Assembly: GCA_900088475.1 (NCBI GenBank)
Contig: FLMG01003327.1
Location: 1-64,000, forward strand
Reading direction: 5' to 3'
DNA: 64,000 bases
DNA from: Hyphochytrium catenoides
Lineage: Eukaryota; Protista; Hyphochytriomycota
Below, one piece after another: positions 11,301 to 24,486 of this stretch. Positions within the stretch are counted from its first letter, which is position 1. Each line of letters starts with the position of its first letter. Below the pieces are notes generated by a model. The model did no database searches. It worked only from the letters and a program-made list of their open reading frames with translations, and was not told where the DNA came from. Both the position numbers and the translations under genes were made by a program.

Positions 11301-14300
11301 GGGGGCCGTCCTCACCTGTGTCGCTGCTTGGTGTTTTTCTTTTAGCTTCTTGACTAGTCTTCTGGCCAAGAACCCCCTCACTACCCTCTGAATCTCAATG
11401 GAGGCTGCATGCTTCTCTTTCAGTTGACGAAGGCCCTGTAGCGAAAGCGGTAGAGGGAGAGAGGGGAGAGCAAGAAGTTAGGGTTACTGCGAGGCCTAAG
11501 TATAACTTTCAGAAAAGCTACCCATAGCCCATAGCCGATGAAGCACAAGTCAAATGAGGGGTCTTCGTAGAATACGTAGACAGGCAAAAGCAGCAGAGGA
11601 CTACACGTGCATAGTATCGAAGAATAGAAGCCCACTCAAAACCGGAAGGAAAGCGGGCTTTAACCTGCATGGCCTTGTGTCGACGAAAATGCTTCTGTAC
11701 AATGGACGCGGCCCATTCTTGCTTCCGCATCTCCAGCATCGCCTTTTTCTCTTCTCCCCAATAGGCCTTATAGTCCGCAAAGTTTGTTCCTTCGCTATCT
11801 TCTTGATCTTTTGCCCAATAGCGTTTCACTTTTCTCCTCATCCTCTTCCTTTTGCGAGCCGAGGACTCCTCTGCATATTTCTGTGAAGATTAAGAAAAAT
11901 TGTCAAAGCCTTGAGTATCACCTCTGGGACGTCTAATGGAGCAAAAAAGATTGCAGAAAGTCTTTTTGATTGCACTAGAGAGACAAAGGTGAGCAAGTCA
12001 TCTTCAAGAGAACAGACATCCTGAGTCGGGTGATCCACCAGATGGAACTCTAGGGGCTGTTTCTCTCTTCCTCGGTCTCTCACGGTTCCACCTCCACGCG
12101 CGTACCTGGAGATTCTCTGGCCTAGCGGGCGGAGGAGTGTCTCTCTTTTCTCCGGTCACTTTATTCTCGAAAGTAAACCGCCCCAAAGCCTGGTTCCACA
12201 CATGCTCCCAGTGGTCTTCGATGCCAAATCGGGCGATAAGGTCCAAGGGCGGCTCCCAAGTATAGCTTTCCTGCTTGACATCGTAGTAGAAAGGAGTGTT
12301 TCCTGCGAAATGCAGGTAAGAGAGATGGTGATGTATGGGGATGGGCACTTCAAGACCGGCCCAAAAGAGGGGTAATCAGCAGAAGACCATTGTAGGGATG
12401 ATTGTGCTTACCGACGCCTTTGTCGATATACTTCCTATAGCCATCACACTCAACGATGAAAGTAGAGAAGATTAGGTTCTTGTCCCACGCCTCCTTGGTA
12501 CGTTGAGGTAGCTCTGCCGTCTCTTCCCCGTTCTCCCCTGGCTCCTGGGCTGGATCCTCCTCCACAAACTCCTCTGCAAGAGCAGGATTGGTGAACAAGA
12601 GGCGTAGAGAAGAGGAGAGGAGGGCCATTAGTTCTACAGAGACTCTCACAGGTGAATAAGTTGCGTGAGCAGGGATACGTCGGTACTCTTCTCTAACAAG
12701 AGCCTCTTCTCTCTTGTCGAGGGTCGAAGCCTTTCTTTCTTGAGATGTGCGTTATCTCACCCTTTATCATCTTGATGATATCGCTATGCCTCTCCATCCT
12801 GGCGAGCCCCAGAGGAGTCTTTCTTAAGTAGTTCATCTTCATCATATCCGCCCCGTACTCGAAGAGGAGGCGAAGAAGGTCTCGGTGACCGTTCGCAGCA
12901 GCATGATGTGCAGCCTTAATAAAAAGGCAACGGAGTAGGAACAGGGAAAGTGGAGAGGTCAGCCAAAAAGAGAGAAATGATAATCAGTAACTAAACAAGG
13001 GAGAAGGAAGCAAGAGGTACGGGTCATAGGAGAAAGGGGCAAGAACGGATGTTGTCAGGAGTAATAGTATACGAGACGCATGAAATACTCTAAGGATAAA
13101 TGCATTGGAGGCTGGGCTAAGACCTGGCTCCCTAGCTTGTTCCTCTTAGCTGGGTCTGTCCCGTAAGTGAGAAGCATCTCCGCTAGTTCGTAGTTTCCCG
13201 CTTTGCAGGCGTACATCAAGGCAGTATCTCCGTCGCTGGGAACAAGCACATCTCTTAGAGTCCACGAATGTGACAGGCAAGCCCAGATGTTGAAAAGCCA
13301 ATACATACTGAGCACAGAAAGGAAGATAATCTAAATATAAAGAGGAAGATAATTGGGACAGTCTCACTTGTCTGCCTCATTGACGTCCATCCCGTGATCT
13401 ACCAGGAGATGTATGACCTCAGGGGTGCCACCGAGTACACAGAAATGCAGTGGTGACCGCCCAGCTTGGTCACGTAAACTCAGCTTAGAGCCATTTGCTA
13501 TCAGTTGTGTGGCCATCTAAGAAGAATGTATCAGGTAGAAGGGTCCATCAATTTCAAGGAAACATGGCAGGAGATCAAAAGAGAAGAAAAGAGTTGCGCT
13601 TCGACGAGCTGACGCTATTCAGAAAGGGCACTTCAAAAGGAGTATTGAAGTCGCTTGCTCTAGGATCCAGAGTCCCGAGGGATAATAAGAGCAGTGGCAA
13701 GCAGTGACCTTGCACAGGATACAGACAACAAATTTACCAACAGTCAAAGTTTTCGCTGCACATAGCTCCGAGGACAGTAACTGATGGCTAAAAGGCCAAT
13801 GAAGTCTCACCTCCACTTGTCCCTCTGCTATTGCATACATCAGAGGGGTGCAGCCCTCCTTGTCTTGGATATTAATATCAGCAAGATGGGAACGTAGTAG
13901 GTCCATCATCAAGATGTTGCCTTGAGATGCAGCGATATGGGCAGCAGTTCCTTCCTCTGTGGCCGTGTCGTATCGCAAAGCAAGGCGTTCAATTGAAAAC
14001 AGAAGGGCATTAGCAAAAATACGTGCCCGGGATGGTTGAAATGTGAAAGAGAAGCTCAGAGGCTTACCCTTATCTCTCATATCGACCGGCAAACCCAACT
14101 CCAGGAGAAGCTTGGCCACCTCATATTGGTCATTATTGACCGTCACGTGCAGCAGCCCTAAGCCTTCCTTATTTAGCTTTACATAGGAGCGGAGAAAATC
14201 GAAAACGTAAGTGAATATGATCGATCAGAGAAGTTATGGGTTGACGGTTCTGTCAAGGTATTATGAGTAACAGCGCTATGAAGAACAAGAGTCAGAACAG

Positions 14301-17300
14301 TCAGGGACCACTAATTAGAGCAATAGCACAGACATCGTAAGATGAACGCTGAGGGACTGAACCTTACCAAAGAGACATCCGCCCTCTTTCTTGCGAGCAT
14401 GTTCACCATATCCGTATCTCCCAGCCTGGCTGCCAATAGTATAAGAGAGTTTCCATCACCATCCAGCGCATCTATGTTGGCTCCCTGGGTTAACAGCCAG
14501 CGCACGTACGCTACACGGTTGCTGAAAGATGTGAAGATAGGGAGGGAATTTATTACGATCCGTGGTAATGATAACAAGAATAGTCTCTGCTCGATGGGTC
14601 ACACACTCCTCCTTCACTCACCTCTGCTTTCCTAGCAACGCTAGATGAAGTGGCCTATTTCCCTGGTTGTCCTTAAGATTGACGTCGAAGCCCACAGAGA
14701 GGCAGAGCTCCGTTGTGGTCTTTGAGCATCCGCATGCTGCACAATGGAGCACTGACAGGCCCCTGGAATCGGATATGCTGAAGGCCTCTTTCCGTCTAAA
14801 GCCCTGACGAAGAGAGAAGAAATCTCCGTGCTCCGCAGCATAGAAGTACTTGGCACACTGACAAAACAGAGACAGAAGTGTCAACTACTTGAAACCTCTT
14901 TTTGAAAAGAAGGAATACGGTAGGTGGAGTATTTGGCCACAGGACATGCATGGGACAGCTTACCCTCAGTCTGTACGCCTCACATCTAGCCCTGTACTTT
15001 CTCCAGAGACACTGGATGCTAACAGCAGCCTTTCGCAATCTCCGCAATTCCGCCAATTCTCTTCGAGCCAACTAAGAAAAGAAAGGCACCAGTCAGGGAA
15101 GCTAAGCTTTGAGCGTTATGTCGCGTGCTAGCATTTGCACCTCATGCAAAGTGGGGTGATAAGAAGATGGAATATTGGAAGGGATGAGAGTCTGAAAGAG
15201 ATGCTCGACGATGGACTTACCTTTCCTTTCCAATGCTTCTGAATCATGACCGCTGCTCGATGCTGCCTTCTAACAGGATAGTACCGTTTCTATTGTGGAA
15301 CCCGACACATGGGATCTCAGCGGTAGTCAAGACCTTACTGCTATCTCTTGGATGCTTACCCGTGCTGCGTACCCTCTCCACACAGCCTGAATATCCGTCG
15401 CTGCGTCATAGTTTTCCTGCTTGCGATTCAGGGTCCACCGTCTCCATCGAGGAAAGAGACGTCTTCCCAGCTTTACTGATGAGGAAGGGGAAAACAAAGA
15501 TGGGAAAATAAGACGCTTCCTTCCGAACAATGAAGATAGGGATCTGCGGAAGGTTCGAGAGATGTAGGGAGGGCAGTGGATCCCGGGCACACGTAAAGAA
15601 GGGGAAACCAACCCATAGCACTGTTCAACAGAGAGAAGACTGATGTCTAGTTCTCCAAACCTCTTTTCCTGTCTCTCATTCTCTCCGCTCTTCTCCTCGC
15701 TAGCGCCCATCTTTTCCACTTTCTGAAAATTTGGATCTGAGAGCGGTGATTCAGACGGCTGAGTGCCCTCTGCACCGCCTTCTCATTCTGACGCCTTCGC
15801 GCCACAGCTTTTTGCCTGGTTAGCGGGGGCGCAAATAAAGAGGGCAGGGTTAAGAAGGTGAAAGACTAACGAAGGTTAAATTTGCTGCAGCGAAGAGAGC
15901 ATTAAAGAGCTGTGCACCGACCAGGTACTGTGGGAAACAGCCTCAAGGCACTTGTTGAGGGATAGAGACCGAGATGGCGGAAAATCGTTTCGTCTCCGAC
16001 TACAGGTGTACCTTAGAAGTTTGTCTTTGTACCAGCGCAGGGTTTTCTGTATGCAGCGCGCAGCCTTGTCCTGCTTGAGGAGCACCTTGTAGGACTTACG
16101 CTTGACATACCCCTTCCAGTGTTTCTGCATAAGGAGGGAGGGAACAATGTGTGATGACGGCGAAGACAATTCAAGCTCTCAGGTAGGAAGGAGAGCATGA
16201 CAGAGTAGAAAGGCTATATATATATGGAGAACCTGAATGGTGATAACTGCCTTTTGTTTTTCCGCTCGAGCAGCCTCGTAATATTCGACCCAGCGGATAA
16301 AGCAGCTCTGCATGTCAGAGTTCAAAGCTCTCTTCATCATGCGAAGAATCTTGTTTTGACGCATAGGTCAGGCGTATTATCGAGTGCAAGCATCACACAG
16401 GTGATTAGGGTGGTGAGAAAAGTTTAGACGTTAGTTTGGGGCCGAGAAGAAGCAGCTGGACCGCTATCATGAGGACTAGCCAGATTATCGAAGCAGTTAA
16501 GGCAGAAGACACCTCATTATAAGTACCAGAAGTTGTAAGAAAATGCGGTAATGAAGACGACATAAGAAGAGCAGGCATTCGCACAGCAGCGCTGAGACTA
16601 ACCTTCTTGTTGAACTCGTGCTCTTCTTGCCAAATGGCAAAGCATTTGTACATGGTTTTATTCCTGAGTCGTAGCATGAATTTGGACGTCTTCTGGATCC
16701 TCTCCTTCCGCCGTTGGTTATGATGTTTTGCTCTCGTACGACCCCGGTGGCCACGGTACACTGCGGAAGTGTGTCAGGTGCAATTGTTGACGAGACCAAA
16801 TTGAATAGGCAACGGAACATGCCCAAGTTAGAGGACGAGGGGCTGCGGCGTTGCCTCCGCAAGGCGAGTTTCAAAGCATGACTCTCCCAGCGCAGCCAAA
16901 GCAGATGGAGCAGAAGCACAAGAGATGCGAGCTAACAAAGGTGATCTGCCTTTACCTCTCTGTATCGTCATTGCTGCTCGATGGGCTCGCACTTGCTGCT
17001 TGGCAGCAGCCTGCCAGACTGCGAACCGTTCCCTTAGCTCCTGAATTATAGCAAGACATCGCCTCAGTCGAAAGGAAGACTTCTGCCACTCTGAATAAAG
17101 ACTTCAACGCTCATAATGGACTCGAGGAGATAGCTTCCGCAAATAGAATTGACACTCAGACTCTCCAGCTACCAGTCCGGCTCATCGAGAGAACAGTACG
17201 AAGAGAGAGACATAGCAGAGGTCGAAAACCATGCCACGCTTACCCTCTTCCTGACACTTCTAAATCTCTTCATCGTTGTGAGATAGAGCTTCCACCGCAT

Positions 17301-20300
17301 AAAGCAAGGTCGAATGGCCACATTATTCACGAGCTACGGGTGAGATATTAAATGTGAGCCTTTGAAGGCAAAGGAAATGCTCATGGAAGGGGAGTTGTTC
17401 TTTGCGGGATGGCAGCTCAACAAAGAGACCTCAAGGTCTAGAGAGAGAAGGCAGGACGAATAGATTGTTACCCTGATTCTTCTTTGTATCTCTGCTTCGC
17501 GGTGCTCTCTTAAAAGTTTTCTTTTATCGACGGTACCACCTGTCTCTTCCATGCGCCTATGAAAGGGGTTCGTCAGAACAAGAGCTGTTTAGAAGAGGAC
17601 AGAGTTCCAATGTGGCGTCACGAGAAGGAAAAATTGATGGCTCTTCAGAAAGAAAGCCCTCGAGGAAGGGTGATCTTCAGCGTCCCAGAGACAAAGGCTT
17701 ACTTCTTCTTGGCTGCCATTCGCTCCAGATGCCTCATAGCCTCCCTCCGACGGATCTTCTCTTCTCTAAGCATCTCTTTTCTCTTCTCTTCCTGCACCAC
17801 TAGAGTTAGGCACGTTCTCATAGGCACTGACAAAAACTTCAGAAGATGTGTTCAATGTAGGGCCGCTAAGTAACCCTTAAGAGAAGGGGCAAATGCGAGA
17901 AGGATGAAATTCTAAGAGCCTACCTGCTCTTGTCGTTTCTTCTCCTTTAGCTCATGGAGAGAGAGAATAGCCTCTCGTTTGGCCTTCTCGGCCGCCATAA
18001 TCTTTCGAAGAGGCGAAGAGTTAGACAAGATCCTTAACCTACTCGTTCCCGTGATTAATCGCTATGGCTCTTCTATGCCGTCCCTCGTCCATTGTCTGCT
18101 AAGATTAGCAACAATCTCATCGCATTATTCTCGCTTGGCTCCTCTCGTTCCAGCGGAAGATTTATGGAGAACTTGCATCACCCTTGTCATCAGCTCTCTC
18201 TTCTACGTGAGTTTCGTACCTTTCGGTACCACTTCTGTATGATCTTTGCCGCATTCTGCTTCAGATTCTTGATATCCTTTTTCCAAAGGCTTCGAGCAGC
18301 CATCGCGCGCTGAACTTTTTGCTAGTGGATATCCCAAAGGTTGATAAGAAAAAGCCAAACGACGTAATCAAGTGAGAGTCAACGGCATCTAATGCGTCTC
18401 AAAAACAAAGAGTTCTGACTACAAATGGTATAAAAGCTATTGAAGAGCAAGTCTGGCAAAGGAGGACTATTCTAGGACCAACAACGACATAGAGAGTGAC
18501 GTGGCGGAGCGCTATAGCGAAACTTGGGAAATGAAGGAAAAGGTGGACAAAATTGCCGTCGAAAGAGAACGAAATGAGTAAGATCGGGTAGGAATGAGAA
18601 TAATTGACTTGGCAGCCCAATGCACAAGCTTAGGGGTAGGAGAGTTAGGCCAAGGGACGGTGATCGGGATAGATATTAGTAGCAATCCGGGGGCGGAGTG
18701 AAGGCAACGGGCAGGGTTTGATAGCATCAACGGCGGAAGGGCTGAAAGTACCTGAATATGGAACTTCCCCTGGCAACGCTCCACGTAACGCCGGAAGGCG
18801 CTGAGTGCCATCGCTGTCGCTTTCGTTACTTCTTTCTCTTTTTTGACGCTGGCCCCTCTTTGCTTCACTTTTAATCCCATGACCTCTGCCCAAGTCGCGT
18901 CCATCTAGGACGATTGGAAGAATGAGATTCAGAAACGACTTTTGAACGCCAAGAGAGAAGTAGTTATGATGTGAAAGAGAGCGCTTTAGATACCGAAGAA
19001 AAGGAATGGGGAGAGACATCAAAGCTACACTGCGCTCGCACCTGAGAGTCCAGCTGCTGAAGCTTTAACTGGACGCTGCGCAGCTCTTGCTCCGCTCTGA
19101 CAACGTCATTCCGAGCAAGAAAGAGAGACGTGCGATAGGCGCCGTGCTCTAGTTTTTGATTATGACGGCAAAGACATGGAATCGTTGGGCAACAATTTGA
19201 GATGGGGAGATGATGGTTGAGGGAGGAGAATGGATGAGCGCTAATTAGAGATTACAGCGGATGAGGTGATGAGAAGGCCGGTCAAACCTCACGGAGCTAT
19301 CTACAAGACACAATGTTCTACGGATAAACGCATGAGCATCTGAAGCAAGGGAGAGTAGAATGAGCCTGAACGTTGGCCACGTCAACTCTTATTAAGGCGC
19401 AAGGAGAACGGACCGAGCTCCTCCTTCTTTTCAAGCTGTCGACACTTGAACTGGAAGTCTTTCAAGGCTTTGAGCCTCCTTTCCTCTTCTATCTCAAGGG
19501 CTTTCTTCTCATCTAAGCCCTCCATCGTCTCTTGCAGCCGGCCCAACATGTAGAGCCGTGTGCCTAGACATAGTATTGCAGCGTGATAGCATTAGCTACG
19601 TTGCATTGAGAGCTCACGGAGAGAGCAGACACTGTGATGGTCTTTCAAGAGAAAATTGAAACGACAAGAAGACCATCGGGACTCAAAATACGGAGAGACA
19701 ACAAACCAAAGGCAGCAGAACGAAGAGGTTGGGACGCAAACAAAAATGAACCAAGCTAGCGACTTGGTCCAAACAATCAAAAGCCATTGAAAAATCTTTC
19801 GTGGTGCACAACAGAAAGCCGAGATACTTTAACCAGGCTGTGAATGGGAGGCACAACTGTAAAGATTTGCTACAATTAGCGCCTTACCGTCATCTTCGAA
19901 TTTGAACTCGGCCACTATGTCATCGTCCATGTGAAGAAAGACATCGACAGTGCCCGCTAAAATGACACTCAGCTCTCCAAATCGAGGAGGATGTGTGCAT
20001 TCCGGCGATCGCGGAGTATATTCCGGCATCTGCAGAACAGAGTGAGGGCCTAAGCTCAGTCAAAGATAGCAATTCAAGAGGATCGAGCAGGACCACACAT
20101 TGAAAGAAGAATGACTGTTGGCTATGAAGCATGACGTGAAGCAGCCTTAACAGACAAAGCTGCACGCTGTTGAGAGTTATAGAGTGATGTAAGTCAAAGA
20201 ACCGTACGTAGAGAGGAGAGACAAGGAAAAGAGAAGAGACATTTGCATGGTGGGATGCTGACCTGATGAAAAGTCTTCTTCATCATCTCATTTACCAGGT

Positions 20301-23300
20301 AAGTGGCCAGAACCTCATCATGAAAGAGTCTGTGGAAAACTCGCACGCAGGCAGGCATGGCGCAGTAGATGATCTGAAAGATTCGAAGGAGTGGAGACCA
20401 GAGAGGGTAAAGGCGTGCACAGGCTGTTAAATGCCAGACAAAGAAAGATCTCTTTAGGCCCATAACAACTCTGGTTACTGAGCTTGCGCTACTTTGTCGT
20501 GTCGAGAGGTAAAAGGGGAAGAATCTCGGAAGAAACTTATGACATAAGGAAGCAACGATGGGACCTTCAGGCCGTCTGGCACTTTTGGATGATCTTGAAG
20601 GTAAATGAAGTCCAATGGTGCCGTCTTCCACTTGTTATCAAAGCTTAGGACCTATTAGGGACAAGGAAATGTTACATAAAAGTCTTAGTCGCAGCTCAAG
20701 AGATCCTTTCGGAGCCATATGGCAGCACTCCAGATGGCGTAAAGATGGTAGCACTAGGTTGGAAGGCAGCCACTTGAGACGTTCTGAGTGGAACTACCTT
20801 CTCTTTGCTGGCCAGTCGTAGCGCATACTCGTTCTCGAACAGTGATCGGATATGGAGGAAGAAGAGCAAAGTCTCGAAATCATACATCTCACTCAGGAAC
20901 ATGCAAAACAGTTGAACCTGGAAGAAGTAAGAGTGAGCGAACTATGGAGGCCCATAGAGAAACGCTAAGTGGGGCTCTGTGGCATAACCAAAAGTAGACG
21001 ATAGGAGAAATGCTGATCTTATGCCCATACTTTCACTAATTAAGGGATGTCAGATTTTAGGTTATTGACGGAAGATGAGGGAACGAACCTCCGGGAACTC
21101 TCTGGCATTGGCCTCTAGACCAAACAGAAAGTCTGCAGCGTTCTTTTGAGCCACAGCGGGCACTCCGTATGTTTGCAGTAGGTAACTCCACACGATCCGA
21201 GGCATTTCCACAGTGGGCTCAGAGATCACTTGAACGCCCAGGTAACAGAAAAGGACAGATGATGTTAAGGACGGGAAGATGTACCGGATGGGTATTTGCC
21301 TCCTTTAAGTGTTCTTCTTCTATTTGGTCCTATGCCTCAAGACTCTCTAGCTGTCAATCGCCGTCGTTGATTCTCTTTCTGTTAAGCCCATGATCGGTAC
21401 CAGCCGCACCTGTGCTTTGGTCTTCTCCCTCATGGAATCCTTCGCTCTCCGCAGGAAGCATGTAAGAGTACTTGAAGGGCTTACGCTCCTTTGGATGATC
21501 TCCAAATTGAGTCTCCAGCTGCATAAATCGGAGCTTATTCAGAAGTAGTCGGTAGCAGACCTCTGTTCGCCAATGAGTAGCAACTTTTTTCTAGGGCTTT
21601 TGCAGGCTATGTTGAGGCGTGATATGAGTTCTTTCTTTGGCTCCCTTCCGCCCTCAACTCTTTGGTTTTTCTCCCCTCCATTACACCTGCTTTCTGCTTC
21701 AGAGGTCTGGTTTGAAAGCTACGACCTCTGACAATCCTCCTGGTTGCGGCCTATGGTGCTGTATGGTTTACCTTATGGCACATGTCGTATATCTCTTCTA
21801 TGCTTTGCAGGATCCATATGATGGGCCTCTCTTGAGGCTCAAATTTACCTGAGTGATTTTGAGCGGCAAGTTTGAGACAGGGCTTCATAGGCTTTACCTT
21901 CCAGATAGAATGGGAAAGAGAGGACCACCATACGGTAGACACCATGCTAGCAAAGTGGATCTGGCGAGCCAAGAATTAAGGAAAAGTGCTCGAAAGGTTC
22001 TATGAGCATGCGTTGGCAGAAAGATGAAGGTATTGAAGACTTTTACCTTCGAATTTAGGGCCAAAGCCTTCAACGAAGCGAGGGTATCTCACACGATATT
22101 TCTCCGTATAAGATGGAGGCAGCAGGGTCTCCGGGCGACTATAAAGATAGGCGATAACCCGTTTTAGGCTCAAAGTAACTTACAACCAAGCCAAGTGTGT
22201 GAAAGACACTTGGAAGAAGGCAAGGAGGCAACCTGCTGCCGCCACTTGAAGTAGATGTCCTCTGTCTCTTGTGGGAAGGGGAACTAGGAGACACATTGAT
22301 CCCGTCCTCAGTAACATTATTCGCTGGTAAAGAAGGCGATTGAGTCGGCCCATGGGAGGAAGATTCTTCATTCTGCTGTAGATCCTTTGCGCCTTGGCCT
22401 TGCTTTTTAAGTCGCTCTTCCCTTTTTCTGTGACGACAACATAGGGAAAATGAGCACCTTGGGGCAATGATGTCTAAGGATAATAAACGTGGTAAACTGG
22501 CGTTGGGTGGGGGTGAACACTCGGGAAAGAAGAACAAAGAGTCAATGGCAGGTGGAAACAGCTGCACTCACTTGATGTGGAGCCGAACATACTCTATCTT
22601 GTCAAGGTAGGGCAGCATCAGCTTTTTCTGTTCAAGAACTTCGGGAGCCAGAAGCTGAACAAAACGAGAAGTCCAGGAGCAGTGATGTTTAGAACAAAAG
22701 GCTTAGCATGCATCGCAAAGATGTCTCCAGACATGAAGTAAGTACCGAGTGAGACGAAGGACATAAGCTCAGGGTGAAATGGTAGACGTATAAATGAGGG
22801 CACGAACTAGACGTGTAGAGGAAAAAGCTAATATCATGTGTACCCTACCGACGACCTCTCGTCCAAACTTTCCAGCGGGCGCTGAGTATACTTGGGGCTA
22901 AGAGGCTCAATTTGAAGAGGACTACCAGGTCTGGAGGCAATGGTAGGAAGGGATAGGGCAAGATCCTTTTTGCCCACCGCATTGGTCTCAGGACGGATGA
23001 GGTCCTGCAGCTCCTTTTCAAAGAGAGCGAGCTAGCACAGAACACATCATGATACTGCAGAACATTGGTGTGCTTTTAGTCTTACATCAACAGCTTGGCT
23101 TGTGTCATGACGGCTAGTGTCCTTTCGCTGCCTTTTAAAGCGGTTCTTGATGTCACCTAGACTCTGGTCTGCTGCTTCATAGGGACTTGCCGTGTGTTGG
23201 GCCCTAGGTACGGCAGAGTCACCCTTTGCGAGTTTGGCTTCATACGGCGGATACGGGGTAACATACTCTAACTTATTTTTCCGCTTTTCGATGGCGAGTG

Positions 23301-23524
23301 CGATTCTATCCTTCGCCGTCAGTGCTTCAGGATGACCCTGTCTATGGCTCATTGTCTCGCCATATACTTGCCAGAGTAATTGCTCCGCAATCTGCAGTGG
23401 CTCAGTACTTGTCGCCGGCGAGCTGATAGTGCCGTACGCGTCATCCTAAACGCGCGAGAGTGCTAATTAATAGTTCTACCTTACGTAACAACGAATAAGG
23501 GACTCGTTCTCTGGCCCCTGCCAT
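5374..23524 (-). CDS. Giant multi-exon scaffold (~45 exons, roughly 2000 aa): N-terminal helical domain, coiled coil, Sfi1-like repeats, ~13 IQ motifs, ~9-10 ankyrin repeats, 7 WW domains, TPRs, EF-hand-like segment
   Basis: Hand splicing gives a continuous frame from ATG 23524 (or 23352) to TAA 5374; a few 5' junctions are ambiguous. Motifs: IQRVYRGHRGR and IQAVWRGYAAR (IQ); DGDTALMYACKAGNYELAEMLL (ANK); GWEEVHDVDGYIYYHNPTTGESRWERP (WW); AKEHYLRALELEPANPKILENF (TPR). Confidence 0.85.
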
Positions 23525-23935
23525 GCTCAACCGTCTGTAGGTAAGGTGGCTCTAAGGGCCAGAAAACGCCGCTAGAGAGACAGAGAACCCTGCTATAAGG
23601 CATCGTTCTATAAGGGTCTGAGCATGAGAAGTAACGCTAATGGAGGCTTCATCATCTGTGACTCAAGGAGGAAGAAGCGTCAGAAGTCATCAGAAGGCAA
23701 TGCTGCTGCTGTGCTGCTTGCGCTTGGAGCTGTGATCGGGGCCATCATCGCCTCGCCATCATAACGCACTTCCTGCTCTCGTGGTCAGGTCTGTCCTTTC
23801 GACACATATCAAACGCCAAGCAGTACGGAGAAATCAGATTCTGATACTAGATGAAGGGATCATGGCGAGATAATCGAGGAGATGCTTGCTTGGTTATCGA
23901 GTCCTTACTCCAACTGCTATCGTGATGCTTCTCTC

Positions 23936-24486
23936 CAGTGTTGGGTTTAAACGGTGTCTACAAAAGCAATCAACGTTTAAACCTTGTTTAAACGTTTAAA
24001 GTACCTGTTTAAACGTTTTATCCCGTTTAAATATACTCGTAGCTCTTTTAAAGGCTGTTACAACCTTCCATAGGTAGCATAGCGCTTGTGTGTGGATAGC
24101 TCCGTCGTTCTTCAGTGAACCACCACACCAGCGCCCCATTCTGGTCTTTAGAGCGCATATACGTGAAAGTTGGGCACACCTAGGAGGAGAGGAGACGAAA
24201 GGCAGAGATCCTAATCACCGTTTAATGACGTTTCTTAGCTTGCAATCATCAAGCTGACCACTTGACATCAAGCTTCCGTCACTCAATACAGCTTTGATGG
24301 TCAAGCCAAACGGTAAATTCACGAAAGCTATATGAAATATATCAGAAATTAAGGGAACTTTGGGTAGCTTTCATGAAACCTTCAATAGTTTAAACGCCTC
24401 TCATTTTCAATGAACGTTAAAACGGTGTTTAAACAAAGTAAAAACGTTAAAACATTTTGGGGTATAAACGTTCATTGCCAACACTG
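23936..24486. mobile_element. Non-autonomous TIR DNA transposon (MITE-like, hAT/P-like ends), 551 bp
   Basis: TIR CAGTGTTGG (23936) and CCAACACTG (ends 24486); flanking direct repeat TTCTCTC at 23929-23935 and 24487-24493; subterminal GTTTAAAC clusters at both ends; no transposase ORF. Confidence 0.85.

Noticed and set aside
19885-20029. Cyclic-nucleotide-binding domain in the giant protein (FGELSVILAGTVDV)
   Set aside because: Only a short resemblance; motif order is wrong and no phosphate-binding cassette follows
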